Below are positions 1-8,653 of a stretch of 35,106 nucleotides of DNA, piece by piece. The notes under the pieces are model-generated. The model worked only from the letters and a program-made list of their open reading frames with translations, made no database searches and was not told where the DNA came from. Each line of letters starts with the position of its first letter. Within the stretch, counting starts at the first letter, position 1. A program made the translations under genes and the position numbers. The DNA is from a virus (Duplodnaviria; Caudoviricetes): positions 1 through 35,106 of the IMG/VR virus record IMGVR_UViG_3300027278_000024; one strand, 5' to 3'.

Positions 1-161
1 CTTGAACGCGTACATGCACACAATGGAACCTTTCGACCCCAACCCAAGCGCGCCCGTGCGCGGCCTTGCGTTCGAGCATCGCCATAGGGTCGCTGGGCCT
101 TGCCAGATGCGACGCAGCACACAGCCTCGTGGGGCTTCACAGTGCGTGTCAAGGATTGACA

Positions 162-659
162 GTGCCGGGGCGTAACCCGAAGCCTGTTCCGCTGGCTCGC
201 CTGTCTGGCGATCGCCGGGTCGCCGCTCGCAACCCGGTGGACATGCCATTCGCTGTCCCGGTCGCGCCGAACTGGTTGACGAAGGAGGCTTCCCGGGAGT
301 GGGACGAGATCACTCCGGTGCTGGCGCGCATGCGCGTGCTAACCGAGGCGGATCGAATCGCGCTCGCTCAACTCTGCGACTACCTCGCGCGATGGAAGCA
401 CGCAGCGGCCATGATCGACAAGCAGGGATACGCGTACCCGGTGAAGGACGCTGGCGGTCGAGTCATCGCCGTCAAGCGATCGCCGTATGTCGCGATCCAC
501 TTGGAGTATGGTGTGATGATCCAGAGACTGCTCTCGCAGTTTGGAATGACACCATCGGCACGCGCGAGGATCACGCAGAATGAAGCGACAAAGGAAGCAA
601 CCAACATCTTCTCACGACTCGCAGCAATCCAGTCCGGCCCTCGACTGGAGTCGGCCTGA
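162..659 (+). CDS. terS: Terminase small subunit (P27 family)
   Basis: GTG start at 162 with AAGGA RBS at 151-155. Protein MPGRNPKP...APNWLTKEA...FGMTPSARARI fits the P27-type TerS pattern and lies directly before TerL. Confidence 0.9.
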   Translation: MPGRNPKPVPLARLSGDRRVAARNPVDMPFAVPVAPNWLTKEASREWDEITPVLARMRVLTEADRIALAQLCDYLARWKHAAAMIDKQGYAYPVKDAGGRVIAVKRSPYVAIHLEYGVMIQRLLSQFGMTPSARARITQNEATKEATNIFSRLAAIQSGPRLESA

Positions 660-2247
660 CGACTTCAACGGTCTGCCAAAGTACGACGCGATCGCGACCG
701 CTGGTGATGCGAAGTGGAACGGCAACGCCGCGCTGCACGCAGTCACATTCATCCAGACGATGTGCAGGTTCACCGAAGGATCGTGGAGTGGCAAGCAGTT
801 CATCCTTCAGAAGTGGCAGCGAGATCTGATCGCGAACCTGTACGGATGGATCAGGCCAGACGGAACGCGCAGGTATCGCAAGGCTCATGTGCTCATCCCT
901 CGAAAGTCTGGGAAGACCGAGACGGCTGCGGCGATTCTTCTCTACTCGCTCCTTGCTGATGACGAGCCAACGCCTGAATGCGTCGGAATCGCGCGCGACC
1001 GAGAGCAGGCGAAACTCTGCTTCAAGCGCGCCAAGCGCATGGTTGAGTTGGAGCCACAGATGTCCTCGATGGTCGAGGTGTTCCAGAACCGACTCGTCTC
1101 TCCGGCTGTGCATGGCGTGTACAAGGTGCTGTCCTCGGATGCTCCCGGCGCACACGGATTGAATGTCAGTGCATGCGTGGCAGATGAGATTCACTCGATG
1201 GAGAACCGCCGCGATCTCTGGGATGCAGTCGCAACATCTCAGGGCGCGAGGAAACAGCCGCTCATGCTGTCCATCACGACAGCCGGAACCCTCCGAGAGT
1301 CTTTGGAGTTCGATCTGTTCCAGTACGGACAGAAGGTGTGCGAGGGCGTGATTCAAGACCCTTCATTCCTGCCGTGCATGTACTACGCAGACGAGGCTGA
1401 TGACTGGCAGTCTCCAGACACATGGCGTAAGGCCAATCCCTCTCTGGGAACGACAGTCTCGCTCGACTGGTATGCAGCGGAGGCCAAGCGCGCGGTCGAT
1501 CAGCCTTCGCACGAAACTCCGTTCAGAACCTACTTCCTGTGCCAGCATGTGAGCGCGTCGAGCCGCTGGCTTCGAATGTCAGACTGGGATGAGTGTGAGA
1601 GGGAGATCGACGAGGCATCCCTCGCCAAAATCCCGTGCTATCTCGGTATTGACTTGGGACAGACGCAGGATCTCTCATCTCTTGCGGCGGTCTGGGTGGA
1701 TGGAGACCGCATCGTCGTGAAGTCGTGGAACTTCGCTCCCGAGGTTGGGGCTGCTATCCGCGCTCGCAGAGATGGCGTTCCGTACTTACAGTGGCAGGAG
1801 CGCGGGTGGCTCACGCTCACACCCGGCGACACGACCGACTACGCATTCATCGTCAAGCAGATCGAGGAGATCGCCAGCAGGTACAAAATCCGAATGATCG
1901 GCTATGACCCGTACAACTCGCAGAACTTGGCGAACGACCTTGAGCACAAGGGCATGAATGTCGTTCGCGTTCCGCAGTCGTTCCTCAACCTGTCTACGCC
2001 TACGCGCATGTGGGAGCGCGCGGTGACTGGCAAGACGCTTGAGCATGATGGGAATCCGGCACTGGCGTTCGCGATGGCGAATACGGTGGTTGAGACAGAC
2101 TTTGCAGGCAACCCGCGCCCGTCGAAGCGTCGGTCAGTTGAGCGAATCGACCCGCTCGTCGCGGCGATCGTCGCGCTGGCTGCGAGCCTTCACGATGAGA
2201 AGATTGGCGCAAGCGTCTACGAGAAGCGAGGATTGACATGGCTCTGA
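580..2247 (+). CDS. terL: Terminase large subunit
   Basis: Adenine-binding LQKWQ, Walker A IPRKSGKT, Walker B VADEIH, ITTAG coupling motif, nuclease motifs GIDLG, YDPYN and RIDPLVA. Confidence 0.97.
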   Translation: MKRQRKQPTSSHDSQQSSPALDWSRPDDFNGLPKYDAIATAGDAKWNGNAALHAVTFIQTMCRFTEGSWSGKQFILQKWQRDLIANLYGWIRPDGTRRYRKAHVLIPRKSGKTETAAAILLYSLLADDEPTPECVGIARDREQAKLCFKRAKRMVELEPQMSSMVEVFQNRLVSPAVHGVYKVLSSDAPGAHGLNVSACVADEIHSMENRRDLWDAVATSQGARKQPLMLSITTAGTLRESLEFDLFQYGQKVCEGVIQDPSFLPCMYYADEADDWQSPDTWRKANPSLGTTVSLDWYAAEAKRAVDQPSHETPFRTYFLCQHVSASSRWLRMSDWDECEREIDEASLAKIPCYLGIDLGQTQDLSSLAAVWVDGDRIVVKSWNFAPEVGAAIRARRDGVPYLQWQERGWLTLTPGDTTDYAFIVKQIEEIASRYKIRMIGYDPYNSQNLANDLEHKGMNVVRVPQSFLNLSTPTRMWERAVTGKTLEHDGNPALAFAMANTVVETDFAGNPRPSKRRSVERIDPLVAAIVALAASLHDEKIGASVYEKRGLTWL

Positions 2248-5177
2248 TTGATGGTCTGTTGAAGCGGTTCAAGTCGATGGTCAACCCGGGACAGCCGCTC
2301 GGCTCGACTCAGGTGTACACGGGCCAGTACAGCGATACTGGTCAGGCGATCACGCCGACCGTGGCTCTCACATGCACGACCGTGAACGCGTGTGTGCAGG
2401 CGATCGCGACAGAACTCGCGAAACTTCCGTGGAGTGTCATGTCGATCGCGAACAACGGTCGAGTGATCGCACGCGATCACCCCGTTCATCGCTTGCTGTC
2501 GCGCGACGCGAATCCCGACATGTCCGCGCTCATGTGGCGCGAACTGATGATTACCTCTGCGGCTCTGACTGGCAACGGCTACAGCCACATCGAGCGCGAT
2601 GTCGCCGGAAGGCCCGTTGCGCTGCACTACCTCCGTCCAGACCTGATGAATGTGATCCGGCTCGGCACTGGCGAGATCGCATACATCTATTCCGGCTCGG
2701 AAGGTCGCGCGGTCTTCAGTTCATACGACATCTTCCATCTTCAGTGGCTGAGTGTCGATGGTCTGCTTGGCTACAGCCCGATCAGTCTGGCTCGCCAGTC
2801 CATTGGTCTGGCGATCGCTCAGGAGACATTCGGAGCCTCATACTTCAAGAACGCGAGCAGGCCGAGCGGCGCGCTGGTCGCGGACAAGGAACTGAGCGAT
2901 GAGGCTCTCCAGCGCATTCGCGAGTCATGGGAAGCGCGCATGAAGGGCGTTGCTGCGGCTGGATCCGTTGCCGTGCTGGAAGGCGGTCTCAAGTGGCAAC
3001 CGATCTCGCTCTCTCCAGAAGATTCGCAGTGGCTGCAATCGCGAGAGTTCCAGCGTGATGAGATCTGTTCGATCTTCCGCGTGCCGCCGAGCGTCATCGG
3101 CATGGGGCAGAACGCTTCCTATGCGAGCGGCGAACAGCAGAACCGCGCTTTCGTCTCTGGCTGTTTGTCTAGTTGGAGCGCGCGCCTCGAAGCAGAGGCG
3201 CAGCGCAAACTGCTTCGAGCCGAGGAGGCCGCAGACTTCTGCACCGAGATCTCATTCGATGTGCTCCTCAAGAGCGATGTGATGACTCGATACCAGACCT
3301 TCTCGATCGCGCGGCAGTTTGGCTTCCTCAGCGTGAACGAGATTCGCGCCGAGATCGGTCGAGGCTCGATCGGCGAAGAGGGCGACACCTACCTGCAACC
3401 GACCAACATGGTTCCTGCGTCAACGCCGTTCGGCGGAACGCAGTTGACTCCTCCCGGGACTGAAGAGCCAGCGATGACTGGTATCGAACCGAATCCCGAT
3501 GCCGTCCCCGACGAGCCGATCGCGAGGTGGCTTTGGCGCATCTTCGAGGAAGAGATCAGGAACTGCGGCACTGGTGCTGGCGGCTTCGCTTCGGGCAACG
3601 ATTGCGCGAAGGGTGGCGGAGGCGGTGCGTCCGATCGTCCGAGCGCAAGAACGCTAGCGGAGTTCATCGCTGACCCAAAGAACGCGGATGGATTCACGAC
3701 GGATCCGTATGTCAAGAATCAGCCTGACAGCGGGATCATGGTCTCTGAACTCCCGCAGCACGAGTTGAAGATCAGTCGCGACATGCTCGTCTCTGGAGAC
3801 GGAGCGAAGGCGATTGATGCGTGGCTCGACAAGGCGTGGAGCGACATCGAAGGTCGTGACGATCGCTTCATCGGAGGCTGGTACAACGCTGGAGAAGGTG
3901 TCTTCTACCTCGATGTCGCGACTCGATTCGAGAACGGGCAGGACGAGCGCGCGCTAGAGGCCGCGCGCGATGCCAAGCAGTTGGCCGTCTTCAATCTTGC
4001 AACGATGAAGGCGACTTGGGTGAAATACCCGAACGGTGACGCGCGCAAGCCTGATGGCTGGGATACTAAGTATGCAGACGCGATCGGAGGTATGGACGAC
4101 GACGCGCGTCAGGAGACTGAATCATCTGGGTCGAACAAGGTGCGTAGCAGCACCAGAAGGAAGACACATGGAACAGGAAGCATCTCAGGATCGTCACTTC
4201 ACCTTGCCTCAGGAGACCGACAAGGAGAAGGTGCGCGCAATGCTCAAGGAGTTGTTCGCGAAGATCGCCGAAGAGCACAAGGCGAAGAAGGACTGACCGA
4301 GCGAGATTGCGGCACTGGTGCTGGCGGTTTTCAGCCGGGTAACTCGTGCGCGAAGGGCGGAGACGGTGGATCTGATGAGCCTGTGGCTGTGACAGCCGAC
4401 ACGATGAAGGGCTACGCCGAGAAGGTCGATGGAGGTGCGACGGCTGATCCAGAACTGGACGGCGCGCTCGTGCCGAAGGATCCCGAGACCATCGCGAAGG
4501 AGCACGAGCGTCAGAAGCAGGAAGTGGCAGATCGCATCGGAGTTCCGAGCGACTGGTCTCCCAACATCTCGAACTCCGCGAAGACGCGAGACGAACTTGC
4601 CGCCGACGCTGAGTCTGTCGGTGAAGAGTTCAAGTCGATGCTGCGCTCGATCGCGGATGAGACTGAAACGGTTCCAAACTTCGGCCCGGGCGACGCATTT
4701 GCAGTCAAGACACGCGAGTCTCTGTCTCGAAAGGTTGAGGCGAAACTTGCTGGCAACTCTGGGAAGACCGAAGAGCAGGTTGTCTCGCAGATCTGCGACT
4801 CTGTGCGGGGAACGCTAATCGCAGACTCGCCCGAGCAACTCGGAGATGCGCTGCGTCAGTTCAAGAGCAAGATTGAGGCCGATGGTGGAAAGATGCGCGT
4901 TGGAAACATCTTCTCGGAAGGTCGCCCGGACGGGTACAGTGCGGTGCACACGGAAGTAGAACTGAAGACGAGCACTGGCAGATCTGTGCTCGCAGAAGTG
5001 CAGTTCCACTTGAAGAGCGTGCACGATGGAAGCACCAAGTCTGCGAAGGAGCAGGCACACAAGTTGTACGAGAAGGCTCGCACTGGCAAGGGTGGTGCGA
5101 AGGCGTTGCACGCGATGCAACTCATCTTCGCTACAGCCGTAGCAGTCGCCGTTGGAACGATCGGAGGAGTCAAGTGA
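2238..5177 (+). CDS. HK97-family portal protein (first ~395 aa) with long C-terminal extension: two CGTGAGGF-tagged modules, the last RelA/SpoT-like
   Basis: Portal motifs GNGY, GLLGYSPI, ASRPSG, VLEGGLKW, ICSIFRVPP, LSVNEIR and GDTYLQPTNM, followed by ~580 extra aa in the same open frame. Confidence 0.92.
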   Translation: MALIDGLLKRFKSMVNPGQPLGSTQVYTGQYSDTGQAITPTVALTCTTVNACVQAIATELAKLPWSVMSIANNGRVIARDHPVHRLLSRDANPDMSALMWRELMITSAALTGNGYSHIERDVAGRPVALHYLRPDLMNVIRLGTGEIAYIYSGSEGRAVFSSYDIFHLQWLSVDGLLGYSPISLARQSIGLAIAQETFGASYFKNASRPSGALVADKELSDEALQRIRESWEARMKGVAAAGSVAVLEGGLKWQPISLSPEDSQWLQSREFQRDEICSIFRVPPSVIGMGQNASYASGEQQNRAFVSGCLSSWSARLEAEAQRKLLRAEEAADFCTEISFDVLLKSDVMTRYQTFSIARQFGFLSVNEIRAEIGRGSIGEEGDTYLQPTNMVPASTPFGGTQLTPPGTEEPAMTGIEPNPDAVPDEPIARWLWRIFEEEIRNCGTGAGGFASGNDCAKGGGGGASDRPSARTLAEFIADPKNADGFTTDPYVKNQPDSGIMVSELPQHELKISRDMLVSGDGAKAIDAWLDKAWSDIEGRDDRFIGGWYNAGEGVFYLDVATRFENGQDERALEAARDAKQLAVFNLATMKATWVKYPNGDARKPDGWDTKYADAIGGMDDDARQETESSGSNKVRSSTRRKTHGTGSISGSSLHLASGDRQGEGARNAQGVVREDRRRAQGEEGLTERDCGTGAGGFQPGNSCAKGGDGGSDEPVAVTADTMKGYAEKVDGGATADPELDGALVPKDPETIAKEHERQKQEVADRIGVPSDWSPNISNSAKTRDELAADAESVGEEFKSMLRSIADETETVPNFGPGDAFAVKTRESLSRKVEAKLAGNSGKTEEQVVSQICDSVRGTLIADSPEQLGDALRQFKSKIEADGGKMRVGNIFSEGRPDGYSAVHTEVELKTSTGRSVLAEVQFHLKSVHDGSTKSAKEQAHKLYEKARTGKGGAKALHAMQLIFATAVAVAVGTIGGVK
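3558..3617 (+). repeat. CGTGAGGF tag repeat copy 1 (RNCGTGAGGFASGNDCAKGG)
   Basis: Peptide and DNA repeat, also present at 4302 and 5387. Confidence 0.9.
4168..4296 (+). CDS. Small ORF (42 aa) nested in another frame of the portal extension; possible partner/immunity protein
   Basis: AGAAGGAAG RBS at 4155-4163, ATG at 4168, genome-typical codons (gac aag gag aag gtg cgc ... aag gac tga), whereas the portal frame uses atypical codons over this stretch. Confidence 0.6.
   Translation: MEQEASQDRHFTLPQETDKEKVRAMLKELFAKIAEEHKAKKD
4302..4361 (+). repeat. CGTGAGGF tag repeat copy 2 (RDCGTGAGGFQPGNSCAKGG)
   Basis: Peptide and DNA repeat. Confidence 0.9.
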
Positions 5178-6538
5178 GCAAGAAGCAGTTCTACATCATG
5201 GAAGGCGATGTGATCGAGCAGGTCGGGCTTGATCTCTATCTGCTCGGTGTGAATGGAACTCGCGCTCCATTCGATGACTATGCGGCCTTCGCCGGGAACG
5301 CCCGTGGAGTTCCAGAGGACTTCGCGATGGCGGAACTGGCGAAGCAGCGCGCGGAGTACATCGAGCGCACTGGAGGTTCGGAGGCTCGCGACTGCGGAAC
5401 TGGTGCTGGCGGCTTCAAGCCCGGGAACGCGTGCGCCAAGGGTGGTGGCGGTGCTGAAGAACCCGAGGGCGGATACGGGCCTGATGGCGGTCACAGGATG
5501 ATTGCCGGAATCACGCTCGTCGAGACGGAGAAGATCAAGGGCATTGAAGTGACGACGGAGGTCGTCGATGCGGTCATGGGAAATGTGACGGACGAGATCG
5601 CATCTCTTTGCGAGTCTGATTACAACCTCGATGCGATGGATGCTGAGGGAAACGATCCGAAGCACGCTGACGAGATCCAGCGTGGATCTGGCAAGTATGC
5701 GCTGAACGCTTGGCAGGGTGCTGGATTCAAGCCGATGCTGATTGCGATGAACGGAGAACTCAGTGACGCGTACTGGGATGACGAAAGCAGCGTGTATCCG
5801 GCGGGACTCTTCGCGCAGATGAATGAGTTGTCTGCCGCAAGCGGAGGCTTGATTGCGCCGCCCATGTCATGGGAAGACACGCTCGTATATGAGCGTGAGG
5901 ACTTCGCAGACAAGATTGAAAAGAAGGGCGAGTATTCGGCTGAGGTGGTAGAGGCGATTCGCAACGGAGACTACGACTCACTCCGAGATGAAGATGGTGC
6001 ACTGCTCGATGTGCATGACGAACTTTGGAACAATCAGGTCATGTGGAAGCAGCAATGGTTCAAGGACACCGAGCAGCAGTTGCAGAAGGTCGGAGAGTCG
6101 ATCTCTCAGATGGCGAAGGACACGCCGCTTGATCTCGGAGAGGATGCCAATCTGTTCAGAGGCGGAACTCTTCCGCGCTCCTTCGCAGAGGACGGATTGG
6201 GTCTCTACGACTTCGCTACGCAACTTGCGAAGGACGGTGACTTCCAGATGGACAATCCGCATTCGAGCACGAAGGATCCGAACGCTGCGCGATCGTTTAT
6301 GACTGCTGGTCAGTCCGTGATGATGGTGTTCCGCAATCCGAAGTCTGGAATCGACATGAATCAGGTGAACGAGACATCCAACTTCGCGAGTGAGGCGGAA
6401 GTTCTACTGCCGCCTCAGACTTACAAGGTCTCGAAGGTTCGCGTCATTCATTCGAAGCACTCGAAGATCCCCGGCAAGACGATTCCGCGCGGCGTGATCG
6501 TTGAACTCGTCCCGAAGGAGGCATCAGATGTCGCTTGA
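5174..6538 (+). CDS. CGTGAGGF-tagged protein with C-terminal ADP-ribosyltransferase (VIP2/C3-like, R-S-E) domain
   Basis: GGAGGAG RBS and GTG overlapping the portal stop. Motifs LFRGG, HSSTK and SEAEVLLP occur in the order and spacing of R-STS-ExE ARTs. Confidence 0.75.
   Translation: MSKKQFYIMEGDVIEQVGLDLYLLGVNGTRAPFDDYAAFAGNARGVPEDFAMAELAKQRAEYIERTGGSEARDCGTGAGGFKPGNACAKGGGGAEEPEGGYGPDGGHRMIAGITLVETEKIKGIEVTTEVVDAVMGNVTDEIASLCESDYNLDAMDAEGNDPKHADEIQRGSGKYALNAWQGAGFKPMLIAMNGELSDAYWDDESSVYPAGLFAQMNELSAASGGLIAPPMSWEDTLVYEREDFADKIEKKGEYSAEVVEAIRNGDYDSLRDEDGALLDVHDELWNNQVMWKQQWFKDTEQQLQKVGESISQMAKDTPLDLGEDANLFRGGTLPRSFAEDGLGLYDFATQLAKDGDFQMDNPHSSTKDPNAARSFMTAGQSVMMVFRNPKSGIDMNQVNETSNFASEAEVLLPPQTYKVSKVRVIHSKHSKIPGKTIPRGVIVELVPKEASDVA
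5387..5446 (+). repeat. CGTGAGGF tag repeat copy 3 (RDCGTGAGGFKPGNACAKGG)
   Basis: Peptide and DNA repeat. Confidence 0.9.
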
Positions 6539-6938
6539 AGACTTTCCACTCGACATGATTGGCTGGAGGCCAAAGGCCAAGCAGGAGGCTTCGCGAGCGA
6601 AGCCTGATTCGTATAAGCCAACCAGTGGCATGGTTACTGAGGCCAAGCGTGGTCTCGCGTGGAGAAGTGAGTTCGGACGGGGAGGAACCGCTGTCGGCAT
6701 CGCCCGCGCACGAGACATTGCCAACGGCAAGTCGTTGCCTCTGGCGACTGTCAAGCGCATGATGTCGTTCTTCTCGCGCCACGAGGTGGACAAGAAGGGC
6801 ACTGGCTTCAGCCCCGGCGAGGATGGATTCCCAAGCAACGGGCGAATCGCGTGGGCACTCTGGGGCGGAGATGCCGGATTCTCTTTCGCGCGCTCGATCG
6901 TTGCCCGTGCCGCTAGCGCAAAGAAAAAGGGGAAGTAG
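6528..6938 (+). CDS. Conserved phage head-module protein of unknown function (PTSGM...GGTAVGIARARDI...IAWALWGGDAG)
   Basis: AAGGAGG RBS at 6515-6521, ATG at 6528. I recall this domain near portal/protease genes in environmental phages; not checked. Confidence 0.7.
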   Translation: MSLEDFPLDMIGWRPKAKQEASRAKPDSYKPTSGMVTEAKRGLAWRSEFGRGGTAVGIARARDIANGKSLPLATVKRMMSFFSRHEVDKKGTGFSPGEDGFPSNGRIAWALWGGDAGFSFARSIVARAASAKKKGK

Positions 6939-6947
6939 GATCGAATC

Positions 6948-7553
6948 ATGGCTGATCTCGAATATCGAGCGAAGAAGAATCTTTCTCTGCGTTGCCAAAG
7001 CGGCGAGCCTGTCTCGCTGGTCGGATACGCGTCAACCTTTGACAGCCCATACGAGGTTGAGGGCATGATCGAGACTGTGCATCGAAGCGCGTTCGATCGA
7101 ACGCTGCGCGAGATGCCTGATGTCTTCGCGCTTGTCTCGCACGACCCGGGTCGGGTGGTTGGCCGAACGACGAACGGCTCGCTGGCCCTTCGATCCGATG
7201 ACAACGGCCTGCATGTCACCCTGACTCCGATCGACACGCAGGAGGGTCGCGATCTCGCTACTCTCGTGCGAACCGGAACGATCGACTCGATGTCGTTCGG
7301 CTTCATCGTGAAGGATGACAAGATCGAGATGCGCGATGGTCGCATGCACAGGCAGATCAGGGATCTGGAACTGCACGAGGTGAGTTGCGTTGCGTTCCCT
7401 GCCAACAGTCAGGCTCGAATCTCTGCTCGATCGAAGCAGCGAGCCGACGAGATCGCGCGGAGCGCGGTCTCGCAGATCAGACTCGAACGGATGCGGAGGC
7501 TTCTGATCCTGCCGATCCACAACATTGGAGGCTCGACGAATGGCACTGTCTAA
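6948..7553 (+). CDS. HK97-family prohead protease (peptidase S78)
   Basis: GYASTF, SHD (catalytic His), MSFGF (catalytic Ser), LHEVSCVAFPA. Confidence 0.95.
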   Translation: MADLEYRAKKNLSLRCQSGEPVSLVGYASTFDSPYEVEGMIETVHRSAFDRTLREMPDVFALVSHDPGRVVGRTTNGSLALRSDDNGLHVTLTPIDTQEGRDLATLVRTGTIDSMSFGFIVKDDKIEMRDGRMHRQIRDLELHEVSCVAFPANSQARISARSKQRADEIARSAVSQIRLERMRRLLILPIHNIGGSTNGTV

Positions 7554-8634
7554 CTCGAACAACGGGCAACTGGCTCCGCGCACGATCGCTGAGGCTGCGT
7601 GGACGCGGCTCTACGATTCGTTCCCGCTCAACCTTGTGAGTCGCGCTACTGGCCCGCGCGGTTTCATTCAGCCAGCGAGCACGAACGCTGCTGATGGGAC
7701 GATTCAGTATCTGTCCGAGGCAACGGCTCAGGGAGCAGAGAGCACTTTTCAGCCGACGATCAATCAGAAGTCTGATGATCTTGAGACCTACCGCGCGAGC
7801 GTTCTCGTGTCGAATCAACTGCTGGCGGACTCGCGCGTGCTGGAGTTCATCGGCGCGCGTCTCGCGGGTCAGATCATCGAGCGCGTCGCGCGTGATACCG
7901 TCCTCGCAATCGCCACAGCCCTCAAAGATGCAAGTCGATTCTCTGAGTACAATCACTTCGATGTCGGAGCGGTTGGCGTGACTGGTACTGCCAAGATCGA
8001 GGATCACACCGGGTTCAAGGCTCTGTCCAACCTGTCGAATACCTACCGCTCTCGCGCTTGCTGGGTGTTCTCTCAGACTGGTCTCCAGAACTGGGGCACG
8101 CAGGAAGGTCGAATCAACCTCGTTACTCTCGGAGTTCGTCAGGAAGATGGCGCGTATCGTCGCGTCATCGGAGAGCCGATGAGTTCGGAGTCGCTGCTTG
8201 CTGGCGGTGGCGGTGGCGGTGGCGGTGGCGGCGGCGGAGGTGGTTTTGTCGGCGGTGGCGGCGGTGGTGGTATTGGCGGTGGTGCTGGCGGCAATCTGGG
8301 CGGTGGCGCAGAGCAGGCAGGCAGCGGCCTGACGCTCGAAAGTCGAGCGAAGTTGGTGTCGAAGACTCCGACGACCGATCAGTGGCACACCGCGTATCTC
8401 GGATGCCCCGTCTACACATCGACTGGCCTCTCTGCGACTCACAACGAACTCGATGGAGTGTGGATGCTTGTCGCAGACATGTCTGCGTATCTGCACTTCG
8501 ATCAGCCGCTGTCTGTGCGGCTGGACACTGAGAGCCGTATCGCACAAAATCAGACTGTTATCCATGCCGCGTACCGTGCGGGTGGAGCGTTCATGGAACC
8601 GACAGCGGGATGGGCAATCGTCTCACCCGCGTAA
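7540..8634 (+). CDS. Divergent HK97-fold capsid-like protein with poly-Gly insertion
   Basis: GGAGG RBS. Collinear blocks with the MCP: VSNQLLAD/VSNELLAD, YRSRACWV/YRANAKWV, YLGCPV/LLGYPV, AQNQT/ANNQT. Confidence 0.75.
   Translation: MALSNSNNGQLAPRTIAEAAWTRLYDSFPLNLVSRATGPRGFIQPASTNAADGTIQYLSEATAQGAESTFQPTINQKSDDLETYRASVLVSNQLLADSRVLEFIGARLAGQIIERVARDTVLAIATALKDASRFSEYNHFDVGAVGVTGTAKIEDHTGFKALSNLSNTYRSRACWVFSQTGLQNWGTQEGRINLVTLGVRQEDGAYRRVIGEPMSSESLLAGGGGGGGGGGGGGGFVGGGGGGGIGGGAGGNLGGGAEQAGSGLTLESRAKLVSKTPTTDQWHTAYLGCPVYTSTGLSATHNELDGVWMLVADMSAYLHFDQPLSVRLDTESRIAQNQTVIHAAYRAGGAFMEPTAGWAIVSPA
8203..8308 (+). repeat. GGC/GGT low-complexity tract encoding poly-Gly
   Basis: ggcggt iterations encoding GGGGGGGGGGGGGGFVGGGGGGGIGGGAGGNLGGG. 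Confidence 0.9.
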
Positions 8635-8653
8635 CCCTTAGAGGAGCACTGTG

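Noticed and set aside
1-160. cos/packaging site upstream of terS
   Set aside because: The position is plausible, but I cannot identify a specific cos sequence without read-end data.
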